Assembly: GCA_964016885.1 (NCBI GenBank)
Contig: OZ024742.1
Coordinates: 241,056,001-241,120,000 of the forward strand
DNA from: Eledone cirrhosa
Lineage: Eukaryota
Length of the DNA: 64,000 bases
Reading direction: 5' to 3'
Shown here: piece by piece, positions 1 through 15,275 of the stretch
Layout of the letters: the number at the start of each line of letters is the position of its first letter
Numbering within the stretch: position 1 is the stretch's first letter
The notes under the pieces: model-generated
Told to the model about the DNA's origin: nothing
The model's database searches: none
The model's input: only the letters and a program-made list of their open reading frames with translations
Position numbers and translations under genes: made by a program

Positions 1-1490
1 TTTATTAATTTAACCAGTTTTTTGTTTTCTTTATTTATATATGTGTATTGCAACGTCTTTTTTTGTGATGCTGTCAATGTTTCGGAGAGGGGAGGCGCAG
101 ATTTATTTTTGTTTGTTGAGGGTGGGGTGTTTTTGATTGGAGTTGGTATTTGTGTGTGGGTTATTTGTGGTGTGCTGGGTGTGTGTTTTCTTTTTTTTCT
201 TTTAACTTGTCTGAAGGCTTCTCCTCCTTCTTCTTCAGAAGTTGGGGGAAACTCTTCAGCGCTAGGTGGGAGGGACGTGTTGTGTGGTTGTTTTTTTTTT
301 GCGGGAGGGGTAGATTTGTTACTGTTTTTTCTATTATTTGTTTGGAATGGGTTTTGTGGTGGTGGTGGTGGTAATGTTTGTGTCGTGCTTGTGGTTGGTG
401 ATGGTGGTGGTGATGTTTGTGTTGTGGTTGGTGGTGGTGATTTTTGTGTCGTGCTTGTGTTTGGTGCTGGTGGTGGTGATGTTTGTGTTGTGTTTGTGGT
501 TGGTGGTGTCTGTATTTTGTTTGCTGTGTGTGGTATTAGTGTATTTTTGGAGGTGGGTGGTGCTGGTGTACTGTTTGTGGTGGGTGTGGGCAATAGTCCT
601 TTTTGGGGGATACGTTTCGGGCAGTTAGCCTTAACGTGTCCCCTTTCCATGCATAAATAGCATGCTGGTCTTCTCCCCTCTACAATTATGTCTATTGGGG
701 TAAGGTCATCCAGCCAGATGCGATCCGGGATTTGTGCTATTCTTTCGGGCCTCATTTGGACTAGTATGTCGAGGCCCATTCCCAGGAACGCATCTCCAGT
801 TGCCTTCCCCATTGACAGCATAGTGTCTTCGCCCATATCAATGAAGCCAGCAATAGCCCACCAGAAGTCCATTGTGGGCAGCATTGTTTTTACTTTTACT
901 CTCTGTGTTCTTCTACCCATGTAGGAGGGATAGAAGCTATATGTTGTCGACGAGAGTGGGCTTAGGGAAAGCTTCTCCGCCGTTTCTTTGTCTCTTGTTA
1001 GGACCGAAATGCTGCCATAGAGTCGGTCCTTTCGTATGAAGAGAATATTCTTCATATAGTCTTTTAGGACTAACTCTATTTCCATTTGGCTGGGCTGTGC
1101 TGGCTTTCTTGTCTGGTTCAGTATAGTTCTGTATATAACTGTGTTTTCTGCTCTGGCTTTCTTGAATTCTGGGGGGGAGTTAATGGAAAACATTCCGTTC
1201 TCCCCCAAAACAATATGTTTCTTTGCTTCGGCCAGTTTTTCTCTGGCGGCAGTTAGGTCAATTGGTGTGTATGTAATGGATTGCTTTGTTTTCTGGGCGA
1301 AAGTTGCCCTGTCGTTATTTGTATTATTTTCTGTTTGTTTGTTTTCTGTTTGCTCATTTTCCTTAACATTTGTTTTTTCATTTTGTTTGTTTGTTTCAAT
1401 GTCTAATTTTGTTGTAATTATTTTTTGTTCTTCAGACTTGGGGGGCGTGGCAGAGCTAATGGCAGACATGTCTGCCATCTTTTCCGCCAT
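1..1490 (-). CDS. Tx1/L1-type LINE ORF1 (gag-like, CCHC zinc knuckle), running off the window start
   Basis: ATG at 1490 (MAEKMADMSA...) is in frame with IIVEGRRPACYLCMERGHVKANC (CX2CX4HX4C, about 620-690). The same VEGR-C..C....H....C context occurs in ORF1 of the element at 30337-30882. No closed minus-strand ORF is listed for this frame, consistent with an open frame to the edge. Confidence 0.75.
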   Translation of the reverse strand, partial: MAEKMADMSAISSATPPKSEEQKIITTKLDIETNKQNEKTNVKENEQTENKQTENNTNNDRATFAQKTKQSITYTPIDLTAAREKLAEAKKHIVLGENGMFSINSPPEFKKARAENTVIYRTILNQTRKPAQPSQMEIELVLKDYMKNILFIRKDRLYGSISVLTRDKETAEKLSLSPLSSTTYSFYPSYMGRRTQRVKVKTMLPTMDFWWAIAGFIDMGEDTMLSMGKATGDAFLGMGLDILVQMRPERIAQIPDRIWLDDLTPIDIIVEGRRPACYLCMERGHVKANCPKRIPQKGLLPTPTTNSTPAPPTSKNTLIPHTANKIQTPPTTNTTQTSPPPAPNTSTTQKSPPPTTTQTSPPPSPTTSTTQTLPPPPPQNPFQTNNRKNSNKSTPPAKKKQPHNTSLPPSAEEFPPTSEEEGGEAFRQVKRKKRKHTPSTPQITHTQIPTPIKNTPPSTNKNKSAPPLSETLTASQKKTLQYTYINKENKKLVKLI

Positions 1491-1692
1491 GCTGCCAAGA
1501 AAGAAATTTTTCGGCAAAAATAAATATTTATTTTACCCCCTAAAAAGGGGGTAAATGCAAAAATGTTTCCCTAAATAACAGGGGTTAGTGTTCCAAATGT
1601 GTTGCACTAAAAAATTTATCCGGTACTTACAATAGTAAGGGTAAATCCCGATGGAATAGCGGAGCCGATGCGAAGCGTGTCTTACTCTATCA
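1..1692 (-). mobile_element. 5' part of a Tx1-like LINE (5'UTR + ORF1)
   Basis: ORF1 as above; the 5' end abuts a (GATA/GAGA)n tract at 1693-1782. Confidence 0.7.
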
Positions 1693-1884
1693 AGATAGAG
1701 AGATAGATAGAGAGATAGATAGAGAGATAGAGAGATAGATAGAGAGATAGAGAGATAGATAGATAGATAGAGAGAGAGAGAGTATTCGTGTTACAATGAC
1801 CACCATCAATATGAATTGATAAATATATACATAATTACGTATAAATCATATCTATATATGTATGTATATATATATATGTATATA

Positions 1885-1924
<40 letters not shown>

Positions 1925-2106
1925 TCCGGGAGCTTCCAACAGAAATGGTCGCATTCTTTAAGGGTATGTCAATATTTATTTATAAAACTGATCTATATTA
2001 TATTTTATCTGATGAAAGCGCACCATAATTTGACTTGGTGTCCTTGAAATATGTATAATGAAATAAATATGGTTTTATAAATATAGTTTCCATTTTTTAA
2101 TATATC

Positions 2107-2108
<2 letters not shown>
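1925..2108 (+). mobile_element. Penelope pLTR-like fragment, family A, in (TA)n
   Basis: Clear sequence similarity to 19584-19731 and to the reverse complement of 44610-44765; flanked by (TA)n. Confidence 0.6.
2001..2065 (+). ncRNA. Type I hammerhead ribozyme (minimal stem III)
   Basis: tattttat-CTGATGA(2009-2015)-stem II aag..cacca/tggtg..ctt-GAAA(2046-2049)-tatgta-TA-atgaaata; 8-bp stem I. Confidence 0.65.
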
Positions 2109-4990
<2,882 letters not shown>

Positions 4991-5120
4991 ACAATTGTAT
5001 TCACTTGTTCTAAATGTTTCTGTTTGCTTTTTGTAAGACACACCATTATTTTAAATAAACACTAACGTTTAATCCCAAACATGTCCACCTGTTTTTTTTT
5101 TTCTTCTTTTAGGCATCACC

Positions 5121-5310
5121 ATAATAATTGTTTCTACTTTTGGCACAAGGCCAGCAATTACCCAGTGCATTACTGGTTCTTTTATCGACCCCGTAAGGAT
5201 GAAAGGCAAAGTTAACCTCGGCGGGATTTGAACTCAGAATGGCCAGGGACGTAACTCTATGCGCCAAAGCATGGCGTACGACCCTCTACTGATACTGCCA
5301 ATCCATCACC
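5121..5310 (-). mobile_element. tRNA-derived SINE (family S1)
   Basis: A-box-like TGGCAGTATCAGTAG, B box GAGTTCAAATCC, central GCCTTTCATCCTTACGGGGTCGATAAA, (ATT)n tail; direct repeat catcaccataataat at 5114-5128 and 5304-5318. Confidence 0.85.
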
Positions 5311-5386
5311 ATAATAATGATGATGAGAACAATATTATTTTTATTAATAACAATCTGAGCTCCTCTGCAAAATCGGAACATCGGTG

Positions 5387-6050
5387 GCCCGTCTGAGGAA
5401 AGAGCCCGGCGCGGTTGGGTGGCTCTTGCAGCGGGTGTCATTGGCCATCGTTCACGGGAATGCTTTTGCGGAAACAGAAAAGGAAGGGAAGGGTAAGGGG
5501 TCTAGGGTCACAGAAGAATTGGGGGGTGAATTAGAAAATATTGAGTTTTGTTAGTAACACTTATAGCACATGAAAACGCAGAAAAGGGTTTCGGGAACCT
5601 TGGAATTCCATTCTTGAAAAATGTTTTTAAAAGTATTTTTACCACCATAAACATGGGAATCGTTGTTTTCAGTGATGAACTTTTCAAGTTTAATTATGTA
5701 ACGTCGGCGGCTTGTCTGAGGAAGGAACCCCATGAGGTTGGGTGGCTGTTGCAGTGGGTGTCACAGGCCATCGTCGTGAGGAATGCTTTTGCGGACTTGT
5801 CCGCAGGGCGCAGCACTTCTGCCCCTTTGCCCTAGGTCCAGAGCCCAATCCTCCTCCCCCTTCACCACTCCCTTCTCTTCTGCGACACCAGAGCTCTTGC
5901 CACCCCCTCCCATTCCCGTTGTTTTACTTCTTTCTTTTTCTCGTTTTCTCTATATTTCCCTATTCTTTTTTCCCTTTTGTTTCCTTTTCTTTTTTTATTA
6001 TTGCCGTTATTATGATTGTCATTATTGTTATTTTCATTATTACTGTAAAT
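5387..6050 (+). mobile_element. Composite repeat with CRE-clade-like non-LTR 3' end (two fragments)
   Basis: Translates to EPGAVGWLLQRVSLAIVHGNAFA and EPHEVGWLLQWVSQAIVVRNAFA, resembling the C-terminal QR.S.A..RGNA motif of CRE-type RLE elements; ends in (ATT)n. 5470-6050 is duplicated at 34741-35315. Confidence 0.55.
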
Positions 6051-6084
6051 AATTTCTAAAAATAAAAAAAATTAACAAAACATA

Positions 6085-6497
6085 TAAATAATTGTTTCTA
6101 ATTTTGACACAAGGCCAGCAATTATCCCAGTGCATTACTGGTGTTTTATTTTATCGACCCCGTAAGGATGAAAGGCAAAGTTAACCTCGGCGGGATTTGA
6201 ACTCAGAATGGCCAGGGACGTAACTCTATGCTTGATTAACAAATATTTTACTGGCAATGTAGCGACTGGTTTTGACTCGTAATAATGGTTTCTACTTTAG
6301 GCACAAAGCTAGCAATTTGAAGGAAGGAAAGTCGATTAAATCGACCCCAGTACGTTATTGCTGCTTTATTTTATCGACCCCGTAAGGATGAAAGGCAAAG
6401 CTAATCTCGGTGGGATTTTAAATCAGAACGTAAAGGGACATGACTCTATGCCACGAAGCATGTTGTCCGACGCACTACCGATACTGCCAACCCACCA
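6085..6497 (-). mobile_element. Two S1 SINE copies (6085-6232 5'-truncated; 6281-6497)
   Basis: Same core and tail as 5121-5310. Confidence 0.8.
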
Positions 6498-6509
6498 TTT
6501 TTTACTAGC

Positions 6510-7008
6510 AATAATGATTTCTCTATTATTGGCCACAAGGGCTGAACACAGGGGACAATACAAAGACGGGGACAGTCGGGATTTACATGCACTCGAGTAA
6601 AAAAATTAACAAAAGAAATAAAAAAAAAATATCAACAACAGAATTCCCCAACAGGGATGACGTTAGGAAGCCCTCAAATCCCAACCTCATCTCCAAGAGC
6701 ACCCTAGGAGTACGCTCTTCTCTCCCTCCATCTTTCCAACCTACAGGCACTGCTCAGAGTGGGCACATTCACACGGGCAATAATCACCCACCTGTTTTTG
6801 CAGCATTGCTCTCTCCACCTTCCTCTTCCTTTCCAAGTGGAACTAGAAAAAGTTGACGAGGGCTTGCCAGAAAAGGAAAGTGTCTGTCTTTAGACCTTTC
6901 ACTCGCATCTGCCACATAGCCTCTTTCGCTACAGCTATCAGACAGAGGAAAACTGCCTGCTCTTCCCGATCAAAAGAAGGCGGTGGTTCGATCTTCACTA
7001 TGGACTCG
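6510..7008 (-). mobile_element. 5'-truncated Tx1-like LINE 3' end
   Basis: Reverse complement aligns with 40360-40905 (ORF2 C-terminus and 3'UTR of the + strand Tx1). Confidence 0.75.
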
Positions 7009-9330
7009 GTTGTTGGTCCAAGATAGACTACTTTCCTTATCTATATTACTCTCACTCTGGAGCTTCCTAGTAACATATCCATGCATGATCTTTTGCTGAT
7101 AAGCATGCAGTTTTTCATCCATGGATTCACTGCGATACTGCTGAGCGACTTCCCTGGGTGTGAGTTTTTGATTATCACACAGGGAATATCTCTCGAGGAG
7201 TTCCTTCCCAACTCTCATGATCTTATCTGTTTCATGCAGATAGACTTGCTCGAAAGACGGGCTCCTACGCTTTGAGGTTCGTAGATGTTGTCGGAGAGAT
7301 ATGATGCGACATTCAAATGCTGTCTGGACTGATGAAATGCCTCTGCCTCCCTGCTTACGTTTCAAGTAAAGGCAGGCGGTCTATGTCACTGTTGATGTGG
7401 AAGTTTCCGGTATTGTTTAGTATTTTTCGAGTTCTAACATCAACTGCTCGGATTTCGTCTATCGCCCAATTGAGTATTCCAAACGTTGGTGTTAGGACAG
7501 GCACAGCAAAACACATTGTGAGCCACTGTTTTGTTCTGCACAGAGAATTCCGATGACCACATCTTTCTTAATCGGGTGTAGTATTCCCTGGTTACGCGTT
7601 CCTTATTACAGATACCATTATTGGATATGTTCTCATCTATCCCCAGGTATCTGTAGAAGTCCTCATTAGATATCGGTGAAACAGTTAGACCATTGATGAC
7701 AATGTTGCTAGATTGGGTTGTTGTTTTTCCTCGCTTTACAGTCATGTATGAGCATTTATCTTGGCCAAACTCCATTCCTATATCCTTTGAGAACATTGTA
7801 ACCAGGTCAAGATTTTTCTTCATCCCATCCATGTTCTTAGCATAGAGTTTCAGATCATCCACAAAGAAATTATGGGTTAGGTTCGTATCTCCGTCCTCCT
7901 GTGAGCCAATAATGTATCCTTAACATTTCTTGAGCAGAAAGGACAAGAGGTTTAATGACAGGATGAATGATATCACAGAGAGACTGTCTCCCTGAAATAC
8001 ACACCTGCGATATTTTATTTTATCAGTGAAAATAGAGTCCTCCTTCTCTGTCTTTAACCTTAGGATAGTAGCCCAAGAAGAAGACAGCTTCTCTCTGGCT
8101 CTGATAATAATGTCTGGGACTTTAGCAAGTTGGAGGGCCTCTATCATCCAAGAATGGGGAACAGAATCGAAAGCTTTCCTGTAGTCCAGCCAGACTGTAG
8201 CCATATTCCTCCTAAGTTGTCGCACCTCCGACATCGCAGTTTTGTTGATTAGGAGTTGTTCAGCACATCCCCAAACCCCTTTCTTTCCAACTGCTTGTTC
8301 ATCTGTGATGATCTTATTATTTTCACAGTGATCTTGGAGGAATAGATTCAGGCAGGCTGTATACATCTTATACACCAGGTTCTGGCATGCATTGGGTCGG
8401 TAGTTTTTTGCCAAGTGGGTGTCTTTGTTCTTGGGGACCAGTAATGTTTGTGCTAATGTCAACCATTCTGGTCTAAGTGTGTCTCCCTTAAGAACTTGTT
8501 GGTAGAGGTCAGTAAGATACCTCCGATAGAATATCAGTTTTTTTGTACCAGTAGCCGACAATCATATCTCTTCCTGGTGTTTTCTTATCTTGGAGTTTTC
8601 CTATCATAGTCTCAAGGGTAGCCTCACTTATTTCGTATGTTTTTGTTGTAGTGTAGGAGCAATATTTCTTTCGGATTTCTTTTAGCCACACTGCATCTTG
8701 GTTGAAATTCTTCTTTTCACCCCATATTTTTCTCCAAAAGGAATCTATGTCTTTCTGGGATGGGGCCTCAGTGAGACTTATTATTTTGCCCTTCATATAT
8801 ATAGACTGATGTTTGGTTTCGTCTGAATCTTTTATTAAGCACTTTTCTTTCATTTACCTTCTTCAGGTATCGGTGTTTTTCGCTAACAGCTCTCAATTCA
8901 TGTTTGAGGGTGATCAGCTTATATTGAAGAGTTCTGGTTCTACTGTTACCAAATATCGTCTCTATTTTATTTTTCACTCTTTGTTGGTGAGGAGTGAGTT
9001 TTTTTTTGTGTTTGTTTGCATGTATGGAGCATTGTCACATATCCTATGGTTTTTTGTAGGTCAGCAATCTTTTGTTCTATTTTAGTTATATATGATGGTA
9101 CTTTTGGCGGTTCTTGTTAATATCTCTGCTATCACCAAGATAATGCTTCACATATGTTGCTAAGGCATATAAACAGCGTTGATTTGCCAAAATGTTGGGG
9201 TTTTTATCCGTCGTAAATATTCATCCCCTATTTCGTCAATAACACGTAATATTTCATTATTTGTTTTTTTTAAAATTAAATATTGTCGTTTTAATACGTT
9301 CAGCAAGAGAGATATTTATACATGAATTAA
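7009..9330 (-). pseudogene. Decayed R4/Dong-like (RLE-class) non-LTR retrotransposon RT
   Basis: Frameshifted pieces with KTPGRDMI, LDYRKAFDSVPHSW, FQGDSLS, LTHNFFVDDLKLYAK, GMEFGQDKC, YRYLGI and RKQGGRGI, typical of R4-clade RT. Confidence 0.75.
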
Positions 9331-9384
9331 TTTCTCTCTGGAAGATTTCGTTGAGGGAAATTTTCAATTATTTATACTTTTGAT

Positions 9385-9500
9385 TATGTATGTATGTATG
9401 TATGTATGTATGTATGTATGTATGTATGTATGTATGTATGTATGTATGCAAGTATGTATGCATGTATGTATGCATGTATGTATGCATGTATGTATGTATG
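9385..9500. repeat. (TATG)n microsatellite
   Basis: Visible directly. Confidence 0.95.
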
Positions 9501-9949
9501 TTATATATAATGTATTCATTTGAAATAATGGTAATTGTCTATATATATATTATACTTTGAGTGTTTTGTTTACCATTTCTTGCAAGTCACGGGATATACA
9601 ATCTAATATAGGCTTCTCCTATTGGTCCATTCAAGTTATATTTCCTATAGTAAAGCCGCTAGTGTTTAAATTAAAACACTCGCAGACACATTAAATATCG
9701 ACATCGTGAAAATGACAGATTTTTGCCAATGGTGTGAATAAATGAAATATAAAGAAAAATAACATTTTTATGTAAAAGAAAAAGTAAAAATAAACGAACA
9801 ATCTTTCAATGATTTCAAGAATGAACAAAGAACAAACAAATAAACTGGTCTTCGAACCTTCGATCTTTAAAATGTTGTTGATAGTGTTGTTTGTTGTTAC
9901 ATTAGTAATATCAAACATAAAATCACGATGCTTCGTAATCTTTCTCTTA

Positions 9950-10385
9950 GGGTGGTGGATTGGCAGTATGGGTAGAGGGTCCGATGCCATGCTTTGCAGC
10001 GTAGAGTTACGGCTATTTACGGTCTGATTTCAAATGCTATCGATGTTAACTTTGACGTTCATCCTTACGGGGTCGATAAAATAAAGTACCAGTAATACAC
10101 TGGGATAATTTCTGGCCTTGTGCCAAAAGTAGAAATAATTATTGTACATTGGCCCACAACATACTTCGCGACATAGAGTTACGGCCCTTTGGCTTTGCCT
10201 TTCATCCTTACGGGGTCGAAAAAATAAAGCACCAGTAATACGCTGGGGTAATTTCTGGCGTTGTCCCAAAAGTAGAAATAATTATTGTACATTTGCTCAC
10301 AACATACTTCGCGACTTAGAGTTACGGCCCTTTGGCTTTGCATTTCATCCTTACGGGGTCGATAAAATGAAGTACCAGTAATGCT
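9950..10385 (+). mobile_element. S1 SINE followed by two tandem ~142-bp internally deleted SINE units
   Basis: Full copy 9950-10143, then repeats of tgtacatt..caacatacttcgcgac..agagttacggccctttggctttg..catccttacggggtcga. Confidence 0.8.
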
Positions 10386-10399
10386 TGTATGTAGATATG

Positions 10400-10800
10400 G
10401 GGAGAGGATCTCTTTCCTTCTTCTTCTTGTGAGGCTAAACTCCGCCAGATGCAGACTGCGTATCAACATGAGATATTTTTCTCCACAAAGTTCGATCACC
10501 AGCAAAGTTCATCAAATAGCAAAGTTCGAGTGCAGTCCATAAGTTGACATTATCAAGCCATCGTTTTGGTTGCTGGCCTCTGCTTCTCTTACCAGCCAAC
10601 TTTCCTTCCAGGCATAACCTACTCAGACCACGAGTTGATTTTTTTATATGACCGTATAGTTTGAGTACTCTTGACTTCACAATTGATGTAATTGGTCTAA
10701 GTTTGATGATGTTGAGCAGCTCACTGATACAGATACTGTCGCTGAGCCACTTGCCAGTCATAAGTTTTATGATGTGGTTCAAGAAACCGATAGTTTCAGT
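10400..10800 (-). pseudogene. RTE-like LINE 3' end remnant
   Basis: LKLYGHIKK...LEGKLAGKRSRGQQPKRWLDNV...DRTLWR is a typical RTE ORF C-terminus. Confidence 0.65.
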
Positions 10801-11553
10801 ACTTTACTCTTATGACCATAATATTCTGTCTTCCAGGTTATACTTCACTTCATTCTACTGTTCTCTGTCCTTCTGTTCTTCAACTACCGAAGTTGAATTA
10901 AGCTTGCCTCTGTGTTTGGACGTATGAATATATAGAGTGAATTTTCGGTTAGCCCGAGAAATGCTTTAGGGACCACTGTGACATTCTATCCGGGCCAACA
11001 TAAAGAGGCTTAAATGTATAGTCACCCAGGAGGACTTTAATACGACTATCAAATTGATAGATGTAAATACCAAATGATTTTCACAGATTTACTTTACTCT
11101 GCTTTTCGCACTTATTACTCTTAGTACTCCCTTTTATGCCTTTTTGTTTGCATTAACGTGTATATATATCCATGTCACCCAATGCATAGAAACTGTACGG
11201 GCATAGACACACTCATTTCTATATTTATCTCTAGGGAGAAGAGGAGGAGAAGAAGGAAAAAGTGGGGTTGAGAAAATGGTTGATAGAAGAAAAATAATGG
11301 GTGTGGGGGCGGTCATCAGAGAAAGAATGGAAAAGAAAATGAGATTTGGAAGGCGTTGGGGAAAATAGTAAAGAAAAGTGAGGGAGAAAGACTGCGAAAG
11401 TAGAGGCAAAGGGAAGGTAAAGAACGGAGAATTGAAACTGAGAGAGAGAGAGGGGGGGGGGCGAGAATTATAGAAAGGGAGTAAAGAGTCAACGAACTTC
11501 AGATATCCAAACAGATGGACAACGATTTAGAGTAAATTTACAAATACACACAT

Positions 11554-11584
<31 letters not shown>

Positions 11585-12679
11585 ATGAGGAAGAAAGATA
11601 GAGATTAAAGGATGGAGGTAGAGAGAAGTGGAGAAAGTGAAGGTAGCTATAAGATTTTGAAGAAATTAAAATATTATTTTAGTCTGTTGATTTAATTTTT
11701 TAAATCAGGAATCGTTGCCAAAATACTCTTTTTATATCCATTAAAAACTGCTGACTTAATTTTTGACGCAGCATTATTTAAGTTTAATGCTAAACTGATT
11801 ATTTGGCTCCCGGACAACATACCTATTCACGGCTATCGGAGCGGTGTTGGCTACTCACAAGTAGTGGAGTGGCTGTTCCATCATATCTCCCTCACTATCT
11901 TCTGGGGGAAATGTCTTTTCCATTCTCTCCGTCGGATCAACTGACCATTAACCTGCATTGATAGATTTGAAGACTCTATAAAGTTGTAGTTTGATTGTTT
12001 GAAACAACATTGGCTGCGAAGCGCAACATTTCCCCCAGTCTGTAGTCATTTTAGTAACTTCACCGTCACTATAGCACGGCAGCCTAAAACGATAACACCA
12101 AGAGCATCAACACTAACAACAAAAATGTGGCTGAGAGAAATGGGGAAAGCGGGAGGGTGGAGGCAGTGATAGTTGGAGTTTGGGTCTTTTGTGTTCGGAC
12201 CTGGTGTATATGTGTATATGTGTATACGTTTTTGGTTATTTGGTTATTTGAAGATATTAAAGAACAAGTGTATAAGTGTATATAATAATCATAATTTGTG
12301 CAGACATCTCAGGATTGTATTCTGCATACTAAATTTAAATGTTGTAGAGCCTTACACATGTAATATACTATGTTGGATAACTTTGGGATATAACTGATGT
12401 GTCAAAATGTGGTAGTGTCTTACATTTGTAATATAGTAGGTTGGAAAACGTTGGAATAAAACGAGGAGCCCTACTGTGTCGACCAAGCAGTTAGAAGTAG
12501 CAGCTAAATTGCTTTCAAATCACACCCTATTGGAAAGGAAACGTTAGATAATAAAGTCCTTTTTTGTTGGATCGGGTTTGACAAAAGGAATGTGCCCATG
12601 AATTTCGTAGCTCATCCCATATAATCACTACACATGATTAGTGCTGATGAAGGAAACAAGAATGGCACAGCTCTAGTGG

Positions 12680-13760
12680 AGTGTGCCACGGTGGACTTAG
12701 TACTTAAACCTAGTGAAAATATGACCTGAGGTTATGAAGAAATCACCTAAGATAAAGTCCCCTTTGTAGGAATGGGTGTTGATGGAGATGACGGTAAGTA
12801 GTTAGAACTAGTATGAACTTTGTAACATACTAGTGTTAATAAAGTGTGAGAAGAAAGTATTCCAGCAAGATAGGTGACAATGATAAGATCTGAAAAGAAA
12901 CCTTCAATCCAGAAGACGCAAGACGAATGAAGCACGGCTTTGACAAGATATTCGCATACTAGCTATGACCAAATTCCTTACTTCTATCGGGTACAATAAT
13001 ATTGTTTTCACCAAAATTCCTAGATCGTGAGAACCCACTGGTGAGTGGCATAAGACAGTAAATATCCAGTAGATGTGACCCATAAAAGTTGTGCTGCTCG
13101 CCATTGAGGAAGAAGAATGGGAGGGGGATTATTTTGAGGTAATTGAGGTAGTGAAGTTTGATTGTTTATGAGATGTGGAGAATTATACCCAAGTGTATAG
13201 TTTCAATCAAACGTTTTGCTGTACCTGATGGGTCAAAGGTGAAACCCACATGCTTCCATAGAGAGTTGACATAAAGAGTTAAGAATTGCAGGACAATCGA
13301 CGTTCTCGATGCAGAAATATATACAGCCGAAGAGCAGTTTGTGGCTGGAATAGTTTTGCTAGAAGACGAGGAAGAAGATACATTTATATGAATTGGGAAG
13401 GAATTCTAGGAACTAGAGTGACTGGAAATTCGCGTTGCTTTTATCCAGGTGCGAGAAATTTGTGGTGAAGAGAGTGGAATTCGCAAATGAATAGATAACA
13501 CATTTAAAAGTGAAGTTTGGATATGAGTTAAGCTGAATTGCAACGATAGACTATAAGAAGTGTGGGATCTATGTTTGAGTAGAATAGAATGAGTGGCTTG
13601 CGTGTTAAGAGGTAATGTGTGCGATCATTTTCTGCGGATATTGGGGAAGTTGAAGAAAAAAAATTGTCCAGGTCACGATAATCGCAGTTAGGAGGCCAAT
13701 TTAAATGATTATAACAGAGCGAACTTTGTTAAAGACGCCTAAGGGCCAGAAGGTGCTATT
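12680..13760 (-). pseudogene. Highly decayed CR1/L2-like endonuclease-RT remnant
   Basis: SPVGSHD (like SP.GSSDH) and PIPTKG (like PIPKKG) fragments only. Confidence 0.3.
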
Positions 13761-13927
13761 AAACCAGATGACGTATATGCTTACTACTAAAAAAAGAAGC
13801 GAATTCACAATGCTTATATTAGAAAACACAACCCCATTTTTGGATCAATTATTTTAATATTATATAAACTGGTTAAAGTAACATATTCACACAAATCAAC
13901 AAAAACGGGTTATAGAAACACATAAAC

Positions 13928-13964
<37 letters not shown>

Positions 13965-15051
13965 ATTCTTGCATATTAGAAATGGCGACATCATTTTGTT
14001 ATAATTCAAATGTAATAAGGTTTTGTTTTCATTTGCTGCTATTTGTTGGAATATAGTTGTGTGGAAGTACATATTTACATGCATATACACAAACACACAC
14101 ACACATTCACACATTCACACACACACATCTGCAAGAAAACCTATACAGATCGTTCTTAAAAGAACAGTATGATTGTAGAATTACTATCAAGTTATACACA
14201 TTTGTAATTATATACATACATATATGTTGTAGATGTTTAAACACACACTTCATTATATATTCATCTAATAATTGATTCTCCTCTCTCCAATAGCACCCAC
14301 ACCACAGCATCTTCCCCTCACCTGCACTCACACCACAGTTGGACATATTTTACTTTCGCTTTTTGTTTTTGTTATTGATGTTGTTATTTTAAAAAAAATG
14401 ATTTCGGAAAAAGGAAAAAAAGAATATAGTTTTAATTATAAGACTAGATGGAAGTACAGATCGAAGCAAAGAATTGTTTTGATGTTAATTAGAGAAGTAA
14501 AAACAATATACTTTTGTGAATCAACCTGATTTTGTCAAGTTTTGAGGTATATTATTCATTCATTGATATAGTTACATTCTTGTAACTTATATTAAAAACT
14601 ACACACATTTCACTTTTATCATTGATTTTTGAGAAATAAAACCATTCAAAATTATTTGTGAAATTGTGTAGCGACAAGTAAAACAGATATTTGCACATTT
14701 AGACAAAAGTTATGATGCAGGGTGGCTCAGTTCTTTGAGGATACGTCTAACTTTTTTCTAACTTTTTCCGAAATGTTGACATGCTCGAATCAGATGGTCT
14801 TTGTTTACACTGAATATTTTCCCAGTTATGGCTGACTTCAGTGATTTTATAGTGTTATGAGGTATTGATTGACTTCCCTCTTGACTATGTCCCATATACG
14901 AGTCAGCTGAATTTGCCTTTGACTCAGCACGTATAGCAAGACAGAGCCTCGGAATGGCCTTATGGTGCTGTGAAACTATAAAACTTGCGGATCAATGCTT
15001 ATCCTTCCCGACCTCATATCACCATTTAAAACGTTATTATTTAGCCTCAGC

Positions 15052-15275
15052 AGGGCGGTGGATTGGCAGTGTCGGTAGAGCTTCGGACAACATGCTTTGC
15101 AGTATAGAGTTATGCCCCTTTACGATCTGAGTTCAAATCCCGCCATGGATAGCTTTGCCTTTCATCCTTACGGGGTCGATCAAATACAGCACCAGTAATG
15201 CACTGGGGTCGATTTAATCGACGTTTTCCTCCCCCAAAATTGTTGGCCTTGTGCCTATAGTAGAAATCCTTATTT
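15052..15275 (+). mobile_element. S1 SINE (long variant)
   Basis: GGGCGGTGGATTGGCAG head, B box, core, GGGGTCGATTTAATCGAC segment and tail. Confidence 0.85.

Noticed and set aside
22-1554. Plus-strand hydrophobic ORFs
   Set aside because: Antisense shadows of the A/C-rich LINE ORF1 on the minus strand.
12644-12730. CTGATGA as a hammerhead core
   Set aside because: No convincing stems I or III; it lies within an antisense LINE remnant.
15052-15145. tRNA gene
   Set aside because: A/B boxes are present, but there is no cloverleaf and the sequence continues into a repeated SINE body and tail.
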